DNA from: Gonapodya sp. JEL0774
Lineage: Eukaryota
Assembly: GCA_027604505.1 (NCBI GenBank)
Contig: JADIIX010000093.1
Coordinates: forward strand, 1-64,000
DNA length: 64,000 bases
Direction of reading: 5' to 3'
Of this stretch, positions 25,496 to 40,088 are shown one piece after another. The position numbers were made by a program, and so were the translations under genes. Under the pieces are notes generated by a model. The model saw only the letters and a program-made list of their open reading frames with translations, had not been told where the DNA came from and made no database searches. The stretch's first letter is position 1, and each line of letters opens with the position of its first letter.

Positions 25496-26866
25496 ATGTC
25501 GGAAACCGAGACAAAGCCGCTTGTCCCAAATGAGACTGAACAAAAGCTCAAACCATCTCCAAATGCACCCTCGTCCACCTGGCTCATAGCCAGTGCGGTC
25601 TTAGTAGCGATTCTGCTCGTCGTCTCCGGACGCCCGGCGACATCCATTCCTCGCTCTGAAATCACTGCCATCAACAACGCATCGTCATTCTTTGATCTTT
25701 CAAGAGCGGTGCTGCGAGACCCGCTGGCTGCTGTACGCTTTTACTCGTATAGAGCTCAATTGTCGTGGAAGTGGTGGAAGGTCACCGGAGTTGCGCCAGG
25801 GAGGCAATGCCTCCACAAGCGGTGAGCAGGCAAATATGATCGCTTCTGCAATTAGTCACTAAAACTTTGGTTCTCTAGATTCATCGAGACGGATTTCATC
25901 ACGCCAGAGCAGTGCGACGTGCTGCAGGTTCGGTCGTGTGGAAGGGAACGGGTCACAGCCTCGTTGACTCATCATAGTCCTTTTTTGATTTGGTTCACAA
26001 ACATCAGAAACTAGCAGACTACTCTCGGACGCAGCAAGCTGTCGGGGACGAGCTCACCGGAACAAACATATGGGAGCTTCTGAGCCGCAATGCTTCCAAA
26101 GCAGAACTAGCAGTACTCAAACAGACCAGGGACAGAATGGTTGATGCTGTTGAATGGGCCATACCAGATGAAAGAAAGTTATATCTGGTATGTGTTTACA
26201 TTCCATAGTTCTTGAAAGTCGAAGCTGTGAAATGACGGTTACACGTAATCAAACATTCATGTGCGATTTGTCTTCTCCCTACCCCCTGGCCATTCTCAGG
26301 AGTATACGCACCTCACATCTCGTACTCCAGGCAATCAAGAGTTTTCGCATGGAATACACGCTGACAACTGTCGCCTCTCGCATGATCGGAAAGAGGTACT
26401 ACTCTCCCATCTGAAATTGAGGTTGCGAACGAAGGATTGGCGTGTCTGACAATCACTCAAACCTGTTCGTTTTCGCTTGTCTGTCCTTTTCAGTGCATCC
26501 AACTCCCCGAAAGCTGTTGTGCTTGGCGTACTCGATCTGCTCTTCTTTATCTCAATGGTGTTCCAGACATCTCCGGGGGTGAATTTGTGTTTGACGACGA
26601 AGACAGTTGTGGAGGGGAGCTCACGGTGCAACCTAGGTGTGGACTCATGGCAGCGTTCTCCTCAGGCATGGGTGAGTAGTGGTCACTGAATTTGGCTGCT
26701 GCGCGTACGCTCAAACTCAACCTCCTCAATGACTATGCTCGCAGAGAATCCACACGGTGTACTCAAGGTCACCAGTGGTACGCGCAAAGCCGTCGCCATT
26801 TGGTTTACGTACGATGAGCATCGAAAAGAGTACACAGAGATCGATTACCCAAACTGGAAAGTGTGA
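25496..26866 (+). CDS. Membrane-anchored 2OG-Fe(II) dioxygenase, prolyl 3-hydroxylase (leprecan/P3H)-like catalytic domain
   Basis: N-terminal TM segment WLIASAVLVAILLVV, followed by YTHLTSR, HADNC, WRTRSALLYLN, GGEFVF and VQPRCGLMAAFSSG.ENPHGVLKVTSGTRKAVAIWFT. Confidence 0.8.
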
Positions 26867-27062
26867 TCAGCAGTGGAACAAAGGCGTTCCGAAGTATTCT
26901 AATTTTCCCTTGGAGAGTCCCCAATTATGCATTTTCCGAATATTATTCTGTACATGGATATGAAGTTCGGCTCGGTCCACCTGACTTGCTTCGTTGGACT
27001 CATGACCAAAGCGGTACATCTTACCCTTTCCTTTGCCCACAAAGATTCATTGAACTGTAAAA

Positions 27063-29423
<2,361 letters not shown>

Positions 29424-30237
29424 ATGTAGAGAGCCTGATGTACCCTCGTCTGAATCTGCATTTGAGCTCAATACATCTGGAAACCGAAGCGTTTCCTTTC
29501 ACCCCAAATTTGCTACACATTGCAAACATGATCTCCTTATTCATTCTATACTTTGCTTGACAACACTGTCATGGTCTCGAATGTTGCGTTCATGGATGAT
29601 CAAGGCACAGCGTCAGCGTCGTTCAGGGCATCCAGTATGTATACTATATCGGCCTGCCCCACATTGCACCTCTACGGCGCTCTCCGCCTGGTCCGCTCTA
29701 GCTTTCGCAGTCATCACCGGTATGGCGACACTCACACTCACCGTGTATTACTACTCTCCGCAGCACCACACTACGTTGCACTGGACTCGAGGTGTCGCCC
29801 CGCTCGTTGTGGGCTTTGTCGCCCCGGTTGCAATGCAGTGAGGTCAAAAGTGGTGATTTCCAGGATAATAATTGCATGTAGTGGCAAACGCTTTTTGATT
29901 GAATGCCGTTACGACGACCTGCTCGGCGTAGACGGGTTCACGGGGTTATATGGGACTGCAAGGACAAGAAGTAGTGCACCAATATTGATGAACCCAACGG
30001 CCAGAACAATTTCGTCCCACACCCGCGCAGTTCCAAAATGTTCACTTGGCCAACGGCGTTTTCATATTTCCACTTCCATAACAGAATTCTCCCTCAATTA
30101 ATCTGTTTAACAACGATCGCACAGAGCGAGTTCCCCACATTCAACGCGCGGACGCACAACAACAGTTCAAACCCGGACCGGCCGTGCATCTGGGGTTCCC
30201 TCTAGCCCCGCACTCCACACCAATCCACTACCCACGC

Positions 30238-33200
30238 TCACTTCTTCCCCGGCAACTTCAACCACTTTGGCGCCTTCCCCCCCCCGTCGCCCCTGCCCCC
30301 CGCACCCCCTTCCTCTCCTCTTCTCCGCTCCGCATCCCTTTCCATCTCCCTTTCCCTCTGCCTCCTCGCCCTCTCCTCCCTCTCCTCCTCTTCCCGAGCC
30401 GCCACCTCGGCCCGACGAGCCACCTCGGCAAGCTCCGCGTCCGCGGCCCCGTCCACGTCCATCGCCTCCGCCGCACCCGCACCCGCACCACCACCGAGCT
30501 CCTCCGCACCCGCCATGGCCTCGTCGCTCAGCGAGGGGCCCGCACTGCCCTGACCGTCCCCCCACGCCAGCATGACCACGCCCGCCGGGGCCAGGCCGGC
30601 GTCCCAAAAGGTCGTGCCGGTGCCGGCGCCGATGCTGGTGCTGGTACTGGTGCTGGTACTGGTGCCCGGGGCGGACGGTGGGGGCGGGATCGACCGGGGT
30701 GGGTGGGTGCCGGCGATGTGAAGGGTGATGGGGCGGGTCGGGGTGCGGAGGAGGGGTTGGAGGAGGCTGTGGAGGGTGGACACTGCGGAGGTGGGGGGGT
30801 AGGGTGACGGGCCAGGGTAAAGCACGCCGAGGGAGATCACGTGAGTGGCTCTACTTTTCCCCTACGCTTTCCAACCCCCTGCCCCCCCCCCCCACCAAGG
30901 CAGCCCTCTACCCACCATCCTCCCCGCCCCAAAACTCCGCCTGGACCCACACCTCGTCCGGACACCTCACCCTCACCCTACACCTCGGCCACTTGCGTTC
31001 CCTCTCCGCGGCCCGTGCCCGCTCCCGCTCGTCGCGGAGGCGGCGGGTGAGAAGGGGGGCGTCGGCCGAGGTCGAGGCGAGGAGGGAGGTGGTGGAAGAG
31101 CGGGATTTCTTGTACGCCATGAGAGATTTGAGCTCGGTCGGGGTGAGGTGGAAGAAGGAGTCGGGGAGGTCGACTTGGGTGCACGCCGGTGGGGGGGGAG
31201 GGGTGGTGTGTGTGGAATGGTGAGGCGAGGTCTCAAAACCGAAACGGTAGAATCCCGTGCCGTTGACCGTACAAACACGACGTACGACGCTCTACCACCT
31301 CCAGCCCTCCAGACCGCAAGATCGCACCACACCCGTACACATCGGGGCCAAACTTCGTCTCACAACCGCGATTACCCGCCACCATCATGCGGCACGGTCA
31401 CGGTCACGGTCACGGTCACGGTCACGGTTCGCACAGATCACAGACCCACATATCACAGAACCACCCAACCCACCCCACTCCACACCGCGAACCCCCCCAG
31501 CCCGGGGCCCCCCGCCCCGGCCCCGCCCCCCCCCGGCGCCCGCGGCGCGCCCCCCCCCCTCCCCCCCCCCCCCCCCCCCCCCCCTCGCGCCCCGACTACC
31601 CACTCTTCATCCCCCCCGCGCTCCCCCTTGGCGTGGTGTATATCTTGAGGTTCCTGGGGACGGGTACGGCCGGCGCGGTCGTGCTCGTGGTGGCGGCGGT
31701 GGACGTGGACGGTGGTTGAGGATGGGTAGAGGGGTCGTTAGTGGTGAAGGTACCGGTGGCGGTGACGGTGGCGGGGTCCCCATCCCCATCGACGGACGTG
31801 GATGGGTGTTGCGGGTGTGCGGGCGCGTCGGCCATGGTGATGTCGGTGTCGCCCGTGTCACTGGCTGTGGCGATCGGCTCGGTCGTCTCGGTCGCTGATG
31901 TCGGTGGTGGTGGGACCGGTGTCTCCGTGGCACCTCCACCCCCACCCCCACCGATCCCCTGCCCCTGTGGTCCAAACGGCACCGGCATCGGCGCCGCCCC
32001 ACCGGGTTCCTTCTCTGGCGGGACAGGGACAGGGACAGGCGGAAGCGGGAGCGGGTGAGTACCCAATATGGTGCCCGCGGCCGTCGTCGTAGGCGTCGTC
32101 GGCGTCGGTGTCCCCAAAGCGGCCCCCACCACCACACCCGCAGTCGACCCGGACCCCGACCCGCCTACAGCAGCCCGCAGGCGATCTTGCACCTGTGTGC
32201 GGGGGGGCCCGTGCGTTGCGGTTGCGTCCTTTGGTGGGACGGGAGGGGGAGGGTCGAGCTTGGGACCGGCAATGTGTGCTGCACCCGGTGCTGCAGTACC
32301 AGTACCACCACCACCACCAGCAGCAGCCGGCCCACCCTGCACCTCCTCCAGCAACACCTCGTCCAGCGCGCGCTCGGTCTCGCGGAACAAGAGGCGGAGC
32401 AGGGCCGAGCCAGAGGAGACGCCGGCCTGGGCGAGCGAGGTGGAGCGGAGGTGGGAGGTGGTGGAGAACTTGGGGTGAGGTTGTGAGGTTGTGGGGTGTG
32501 GGGTGAGGTAAGGTGGGCGCGGGGAAAGAAGGGATGCGACGGGTTAGGACCCATATGGACGCTTGGGCGAGTCACTCCACAAATTCCAAGAAAATCCCAA
32601 TGGGTAAACTGGTCCACATGGGCCTCACCGGCCCATATGGACCGCAAAGTTCAATCGCCTCCGGCGGACTGTGCCTCGTCGCTGACGCTTTGGCGAGGGA
32701 GGGTCACTCGCCTCCGGCGGACTCTGCCCGTCGCTGACGCTTGGGCGAGGCGCTCGCTAACGCTAGCGCGGGGCCTCGCTCCGTTCGCTTCGCTCACTCC
32801 GCTCGGCCGCTCACCTCTGTGGTGAGGATCAAAACAACAGGCTGAAGATAAAACACCGTTTCCTTGGACTTGTCCTGCTGGTCGACGATTCCCTTGATGG
32901 CCTTCCAGACAGGGTTCACGTTGCTGGACTGTTGTGGGACGTAGGACCTGCGAGTGATGTTTTCGCCGCTGGAGGACTCAAAGTGTTGGAGGACGGACCA
33001 GAGGGAGGTTGAAGAGGGGAAGTGGGCTGTGGCGCGGGCGCCAGAGGGGAGTTGAAGGGCGATGTGGACCGAGGGTGCGGGACGGGCGGGGGCGGAGGAG
33101 GCGGGGCGAGCGGGGGCAGAAGGGGAAGAGGGCGAGTTGTGGTGCGTCGAAGCCGCAGACGCCGATTGAGTTGAAGATCCCGTCGCCGACGCCGTTCCCG

Positions 33201-33477
33201 TGGGCGTGGCCGTTGGCGTGGGGTTGGCGGTCCCCGCCCCAGCCCCAGCCGGTTTCAAGACCATTTCGAGTTTTGCCCCAGCAGGCAGATTAGCGAATCT
33301 GACCGAGAGTGCGAGATCGATAGAGTTTCTGCCGTGTTTGAGTTGGTACAAGTGCGGGTTTTGAATGTGAAACTTGATGCAGGTGTCTGCCAGTACTTGG
33401 GACAGAAGCGTGGAGGGCGACACTCTGGCAACGTGACGCCGGTTGTCGGGCAGAATTACAACAACGTTGGACGCCAT
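30238..33477 (-). CDS. ASPSCR1: UBX-domain tether TUG/ASPSCR1 (Ubx4-like) Cdc48/p97 cofactor
   Basis: N-terminal TUG-UBL1 (DLALSVRFANLPAGAKLEM), GSALLRLLF, DLPDSFFHLTPTELK, UBX KWPRCRVRVRCPD..VQAEF, and C-terminal KAPKWLKL. Introns at 32469-32814, 31174-31603 and 30783-30915. Confidence 0.85.
31393..31428 (+). repeat. (CACGGT)6 microsatellite in an intron
   Basis: cacggtcacggtcacggtcacggtcacggtcacggt read directly. Confidence 0.9.
32543..32812. mobile_element. Putative non-autonomous structured repeat element (direct repeats, long hairpin, GNA/GNNA mini-hairpins) inside the first TUG intron
   Basis: About 43-bp imperfect direct repeats at 32655 and 32708, a 14-bp-arm hairpin at 32611-32643, and clustered GCGAAGC/GCGTTAGC/GCGTCAGC/GCCGGAGGC motifs on the - strand. 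Mobility is inferred, not shown. Confidence 0.45.
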
Positions 33478-34271
33478 CGGAAGGGGGAAGCGGGAAGGGG
33501 GGAAGGGGAATGGGGAAGTGGGTGGGGGGAGTGCGAGGAGTACGGGGAGCAGCTGCCGGTTTCAAAATCAAGTCCACTTGCGCAACACGAACACCAAACC
33601 TGCCACAGCTCCCACTACAATCAATTAATTTATTCATTCATGCAATTCAGCGTTCCTCGAAATATTTAATCGTCCCGGTTGTCGCTGTTTACCACCATGA
33701 TGATGTCCATCAGTGACGTCATCAGCCTCAACCTTCGTCGCTATGGCAAACGTCCGTCAGCTTCCAACTCGATATTTTCACAGCATTCAGACCTCCACAA
33801 CCAGCCTGGCAGACCACCTCATTCAAGAGGTCATGAGTATCAGATATTCAGAGTCCTGTGACACTTCAACTTATTCTTTTCACACCATGTATAAACATGT
33901 TCATGATATGCAAGATGATGACCACCCTGAACAACTTTCACTTGCTCTGAGATTGAATTCAGTGTGCAGCAATACCGAATTGTGAAGAAGTGCTGCTTCA
34001 ATCCTGTCAGGAAGCTACGAGAGGGGGTTTATAATGCAATATAAGTGGAAGCCACTCACCACAAAGAGGATCAACCCGTGCTGGGAGCTCAGGATGTTGC
34101 TGTGTGCAGAATATTCTACGATCTACGCGTTCGTAGTCCCTCCTGGTGCCGTTTTTGACTCCATACCTGTGGTGGTGATGTGGTGTGGTACTGTGGTCAA
34201 GTCGACACGCTGCATCGGCCCACACTGCGCCGATATCCGCACACCAACACACACCCCACACATTCCATCCC

Positions 34272-35594
34272 ATGCCCCTCCCCCCCTTCTCCATCCCCCT
34301 TGGCGTGTCCGCATCCGCGTCAACCACAGTGTCAAGCGACTCGCTGGCGTCGGCGACGGGGTCTGGTGGTGAGTGCGAACACGTCGATTTGGACGACGAC
34401 GAGGGACACCCGCACACGGGACACAGAGGACGCACGGGGGCGGGACGGTTAGGTGGGGACTCTTTCCAGCTGTATTTGTGCGATGGGAGTCTCGGTGACT
34501 GGCATGTTGGGCGAAAAACGAGAATTCACTCCTGTGTCCCGCGCCGCCTGCGCCTGTCGACACTCCATTATTATTATTGGTGCTCGTCCACTTCATTGTC
34601 CCCGTCATATTTCCCGCCCCGGGGCATCCACAGACGTCCACGCCTTCGCAAGTACGTACCCCCATTCCCATCCCCCTTTACCCCGCCCCCGCTCCACCCG
34701 CTCACACTCGAACTCCCATCCCACCCCACCGTCCACCACCCACCACCCACCGCCCACCGCACGCCCAGGCCACCACCTCGTCTCCCTCTTCGAACGCGCG
34801 GCGTTCCAGGCCATACGACCGTACTTGCCAGAGGGGTACACGTCGGTCGGGCTGTCGAGCGGGTTTTCGCACTTGGCGGGGTGGGTTGTCATTGGGGAGA
34901 GTGCCGGCGGGTGGAGGGTGGAGGGTGGAGAGTTGGGGGCGGCCCGGGCGATGGGCGATGGGCGTGGGGGGTCGACAAAAGCACGGTCCAACGAGAGACG
35001 GGACGCGGTGTCGGACGTCGTGTTCGTGCGTTGTGGGCGGACAGGACCTGATCGGATCACCCAATCACCCTACACGCACGTAGGGACGATGGCCGAGCGC
35101 AGAGCACGAAGGGTGGGAAAACTTACGTCCACATCCTCCCGGCCTTCCCCCCCCCACCCCCCGCTCAAGCTCCCCCCTCGACTCCCCCGTCACGGCCACG
35201 GCCACCGTCGTTCGCGTCGACGACCTCACTAGGGGTGTCGTGGAGTTCGAAGTCGAGGTGGGTCCACGGGCGCGAGCGAGTGACGAGACCCTTGAATATG
35301 TCTACCCTCCTGACGAGTCCATCACTGTTCCACCTCCACCACTCCACATTCCACACTCCACACTCCACACTCCAACCACTTTCCCCTGTGTGTGTGCGTT
35401 GCGTCGCCCGGCTGGCCGGCCCACCACATGCCCCTTTCCTTCCCAATGCCCCCCACACCCACACCCAGGTCCGCGACCACCTTGACCTCCTCGCCCGGGG
35501 GAAACACCAGCGGGCCCTCGTCAGCGCCGCGGGGTTCGCCAAGCGGATGGAGGAGAAGCGGATCAGGGGGAGGGCGATGGCGGGGAAGCTGTGA
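34272..35594 (+). CDS. FlK-like (fluoroacetyl-CoA thioesterase family) hot-dog thioesterase, 146 aa
   Basis: Five GT-AG exons (34272-34368, 34634-34651, 34769-34880, 35170-35257, 35469-35594) total 441 nt in frame. Translation: ...ASATGSGDVHAFASHHLVSLFERAAFQAIRPYLPEGYTSVG..FSHLAGSPLDSPVTATATVVRVD..VEFEVEVRDHLDLLARGKHQRALV. Confidence 0.85.
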
Positions 35595-36668
35595 GGCGGG
35601 GGCGGTGTGGGTGTTGAGGGGTACGCTGCGGTGGTAGAGGCGGTAATTGGAACGGGGAGACCGAGGCGGGGCGGGTGGCGACTGGCCCCTGGCGGGCAAG
35701 CAGGCCGGTCTGGGCATGGCGGTGGACGGTGTTTCGGGATCGATCTCGGCCGAGGTGGTTTGGGGCGGTGTGCATGTGACCTGGCCTTACGCGTTGGGTG
35801 TACAGTGTGTGTACCAGTACTTGTACAAATGAATCAGAGTAAGCACGGGGAATGGCACCTCTAGCTCATTGGCGCCGGCGGCGTTCGACCTCACCCGATT
35901 CACACAAGGGGGGTGGGCAGCTTCGACCGGGCCAACACAATCTTTGCACATATGTTTCATAATTATGATACTCTGCAGTGTGTGTCGATCGGAGTGTCGC
36001 GATGCTTTTCCTTTTTGGTTGGTGGAGAAGTCGCTGACCTGGAATATGGACTTGTGACTTTGATCTTTCGTTACGAGGTGCAGGACATGTCCAACTATTC
36101 TAGTTTGCACGTCACCAGCAGGTATCGCAGCACTTTGGAATGTGGGAATGGTCGGGAATTCCATCACATAATATGTGCAGGAGTCACGAGTGGTCCAATA
36201 TCAATATGGAAGATCACCATTGTTCCCCGTCCTCCACCGCTTGCCCGACACTCCCCATCAGAGTGTTTTCGCCGGCTTGAAACCTCTTGTAGGTATAAAT
36301 GGGGTTTACACACGGTGTTAAGTTATGTCGAGAAATGACGCCAGAATCCACTGGTCCTTCTGTTTCGAATTCGTTCCCTTGTTCCCTTCCACGCGGCCCA
36401 ATTGGATTCGTCCAACCACACTACTACAAAAAACGATTGCCGAGTCGACAAAACTGTGAATTTAATAAACTCGAATCTTACGTTGCATTCTGCTCTGTGC
36501 TTTCTGTCCTGCGGGTGTCGGGAGGAACCGGGCCGACAACCAAAACAATTTAGACCAGGAGCGTCCAATTTTCCACCGCGTTCCATCCGTTTGCAAACTC
36601 GCCTACGTATTTCTTTTTCCACTATCAAAACTCTTCTCAAACCGTAACCGAAACGCTCTCAACAAACC

Positions 36669-39600
36669 ATGACCGCCGACGCTGCCGTAAGTACCACGCG
36701 GTCCTCCAAGGGCCCCCGTCGGTGGCTCGCTTTCGCGAACCTGTCGTGGGAGACAGAACCTCACTCGCTCCCCTCCCTGTTCCTGTCCCCGCCTCCCCGG
36801 TTTACTCCTCGCTTCTGGGACGTGATGCGCCTCCGTTCTCAACTCTCGTGAACCCCGTGGTCGTCCCGGTCGTCGCCCTAGTTTGACGATGTCGTCTCCG
36901 TGACCCTCCCCACCGGCGCAAAAGCCAACATCCACACGGGGCTGTTCATCAACGGGAAGTTTGTAAAGAGCAAGAGTGGGAAGAAGGTGCGTGTTTGGCG
37001 CGACAGGGGGTATTTTGGGAGGGGAGGGCCCCCGTACTGATGCTCTGGTGTGTCGTTGGTTTCGGCACACAGTTCCCGACCGTGAACCCATGTACGTTGT
37101 TGTTCAAAACGACCGTCGTCTCCCTGTCGAATCAAATCGATCGTGCATCGTTCACACGTTTTATTTCGTGGTTCTCGCCTCTGCTTTTTTTTGTTCGCAT
37201 TTGTTTGATCAGCGACGGGAGAGGTCATCTGCGAGGTGTACGGTGGGTGATGATTATGATTCTTGTTGACTCTCATGCGGATCCAACCCGTCCATATTCA
37301 CAAACGCGTGTCGATCGCCATTCCAACAGAGGCCGAGAAGGCAGATATCGATGACGCAGTTCAAGCCGCAAAGGCCGTGAGTATGTCCCCTCTCCTCTCG
37401 TTTTTCCCACACTTCAAAATTCCCACATATATCCTCACCCTCCCCGTCCACTTTACCTCCTCTCTCAGGCCCTCAAACTCTGGCGCACCACCGACGGCGC
37501 CGACCGCGGCAAGCTGATGCTCAAATTTGCCGACCTCATCGAAGCCAACCACGCCACTCTGGCCGCCGTGGAGACCCTCGACCAGGGCAAACTCCTCGCC
37601 GCCAACATTGGCCACGCGTTCTCGTGTGCTGCGGCCATCAGGTACTTTGCGGGATTCGCGGACAAGATTGAGGGGAAGACAATGATGGACACCGATAAGG
37701 TGGGTGGGTGGGGAGCGTCGTTGGGCGTCGTACGGCTTTTTGGAGATGGAGTGAAGACATTGGGGGGGCGGCCCTTAAGGACGGTGTGGTTCCAATGAGC
37801 CTTTTTATTGCCTGTTTTTGACACGAAATTTTCCGTCTCCCAATCTCCAGTTCTTCAACTTCACAAGGCACGAGCCGTACGGCATCGTAAGTGCTCAGTG
37901 TCGTCATCATGTCCCCCACATCACGTACGGTAACACGACCTACGTCGCATCTCCGTCATTCACGCCTCGGTTTTCAAAATGCACAATTTAGACCGCCGGT
38001 ATCATCCCATGTAAGTTATAACCCTGCACGATTGTGCTCCGAGGGCTCGAAGCGGATCGATCCGCCGCAGACTTGCTTTCTTACTCACCCTGTTTGGTCT
38101 CTCTTCTACCAAACAAAAAAAGGGAACTACCCCATGGACATGTGGGCGTGGAAAGTCGGCCCTTCGCTCGCTTGCGGTGTGAGTGTCTGTTCGTCTCCCC
38201 CACGGAGCGTTCGTTCCAGTCAGTTCCACCGCGTGATCTCACGGAAGTTCCCTCGATACCATACCTTCCGTTGCTCTATTCGCGAACCCAAACCCGCAGA
38301 ACGTCATCATCATCAAGACTTCGGAGAAAACCCCGCTTTCGGGGCTCCTTCTCGCCGCGCTGGCGAAGGAGGCGGGCATTCCCGACGTACGTGCGAAGAT
38401 AATTTTGTTGTTGTGTTTTTCACCTGGAGGGGGGTGTTGGCTGTATTGGCTCATGGCTCGTTGTTGTCCCTCGTTGCGATTATTCTAGGGTGTCCTCCAA
38501 GTTGTGAGCGGGTGAGTTGCTTTTCTGCGGTGCATTTACGCGCAAGGATGTCCATTAAATGCACTTTTCGCTCCGTTCTCAGATTCGGACCCAGCGCCGG
38601 TCAAGCCAGTGAGTCTGCCACCTCTTTCGAGTCCCATGTGATTCCACCCACCCAACATCCATCTCCATTCCAGTCGTCGAACACCCCGAGATCGCCAAAA
38701 GTAAGTCTCTTTTTCATCTCCTGCTTCCTCACCAAAACGTTCTGTTTAACGCGACTCAATCCTCTTGTCGTCAACCCTGTTCAGTCGCCTTCACCGGCTC
38801 TGGCCGCACCGGCCGGCGCATCCTCGAGACCGCCGCCAAGACCAACCTGAAGAAGGTCTCGCTCGAGCTCGGCGGCAAGTCTCCAGCGCTCGTGTTCGAC
38901 GACGCGGACTTGGACAAGGCCGTGGGCGTGCGTGAGTATGAAACGCTATTGGTTCTTCTGTTTGTGGACGTGGGGATGTCTGGAAGCTCAGAACTAACGT
39001 GATCGTGTGTGTCCGAACGCTTTGTTTGTCTTGGGACAATCAATAGTTGCGGGAACTTTCTACTACAACAACGCCCAGACTGTGAGTTTATCAGTTGTAC
39101 CAACACGCGTGACCTGAGAAACCCGATCACCAATGATCCTGAATCATCCCAGTGCGTTGCGTCCTCCCGAATCTACGTACAAAAATCCGTTGCCGAGGCC
39201 TTCACCAAAAAGTTCACGGCGGCAGCGACGGCGATCAAGATTGGCAGTCCGTTTGAGAACTCTACCACGCAGGGTCCCCTTGTGGACGATCTCCAGTACG
39301 TCCATACATTGGCCATGACGGATGTCAGTGCCACGAAAACTCACGGGTGAATTCTTGATTCAGATTCAACAACGTCCTCAAGTACATCGACGCTGGAAAG
39401 AAGGAAGGCCAGCTTCTCACCGGAGGTAACAAGGTCGGAAACGCCGGATACTTCATCGAACCCACCGTCTTTGCCGACGTGCCCGAGAAATCCAAGATCA
39501 TGGCCGAAGAAATCTTCGGACCCGGTGAGTGCAGGAGATTTCGTGTGAATGCACCCTAGCGAATGGTCCCTGAATATGCGATCTTGTCCACGTGCAGTCG

Positions 39601-40088
39601 TTTGCATCAACACATTCGAGACCGAAGAAGAGGTTATCGAGCGCGCCAACAACACGACATACGTAAGTGTCTCGTTGTGTGTTCACGGGATAATGGACAA
39701 CCCTGAACGCGCCATGTATGGTTCACACAGGGTCTCGCCGCTGGTCTCTTCACCAAGGATCTGACCCGTGCCATCCGTGTCTCATCGGCCTTGGAGGCGG
39801 GAACCATCTGGGTCAACACGTGAGTTGCACGGATCGCTCTGTCAATGGGGATTTTTAAACCTCACGGAAACCTGAACGTTCCCCTTCAGCTGGATGGACG
39901 TCCACGTCAACGTGCCCTTCGGAGGGTACAAAGAGTCGGGGCAGGGTAGGGAACTCGGCGAGTACGCCCTCAAGGAATGGTGAGCTTGGTTCTGTTTGAA
40001 ATAGGTTTGTGGTTTGCTTGTTGTTGAACATTATCAATTGCTCTTTTCCAGGACCCAAGTCAAGTCCGTCAAGGTTTCCATGAACTAG
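36669..40088 (+). CDS. NAD(P)+-dependent aldehyde dehydrogenase, copy A (21 coding exons)
   Basis: [27 protein letters not shown], catalytic LELGGKSP and NNAQTCVASSR, EEIFGP and [13 protein letters not shown]. Confidence 0.95.

Noticed and set aside
29623..29717. Possible box C/D snoRNA or hammerhead-like motif on the - strand (GTGATGA...CTGA; TGATGA..GAAA)
   Set aside because: No convincing terminal stem or recognisable guide sequence, and the hammerhead stem II is missing.
32655..32750. CRISPR-like repeat-spacer array
   Set aside because: There are only two imperfect repeats with a ~10-nt spacer, the context is eukaryotic, and no cas genes are present.
30167..32825. Many long overlapping Gly/Pro/Arg ORFs on both strands
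   Set aside because: These reflect stop-codon scarcity in very GC-rich sequence; only the - strand TUG exons show family motifs.
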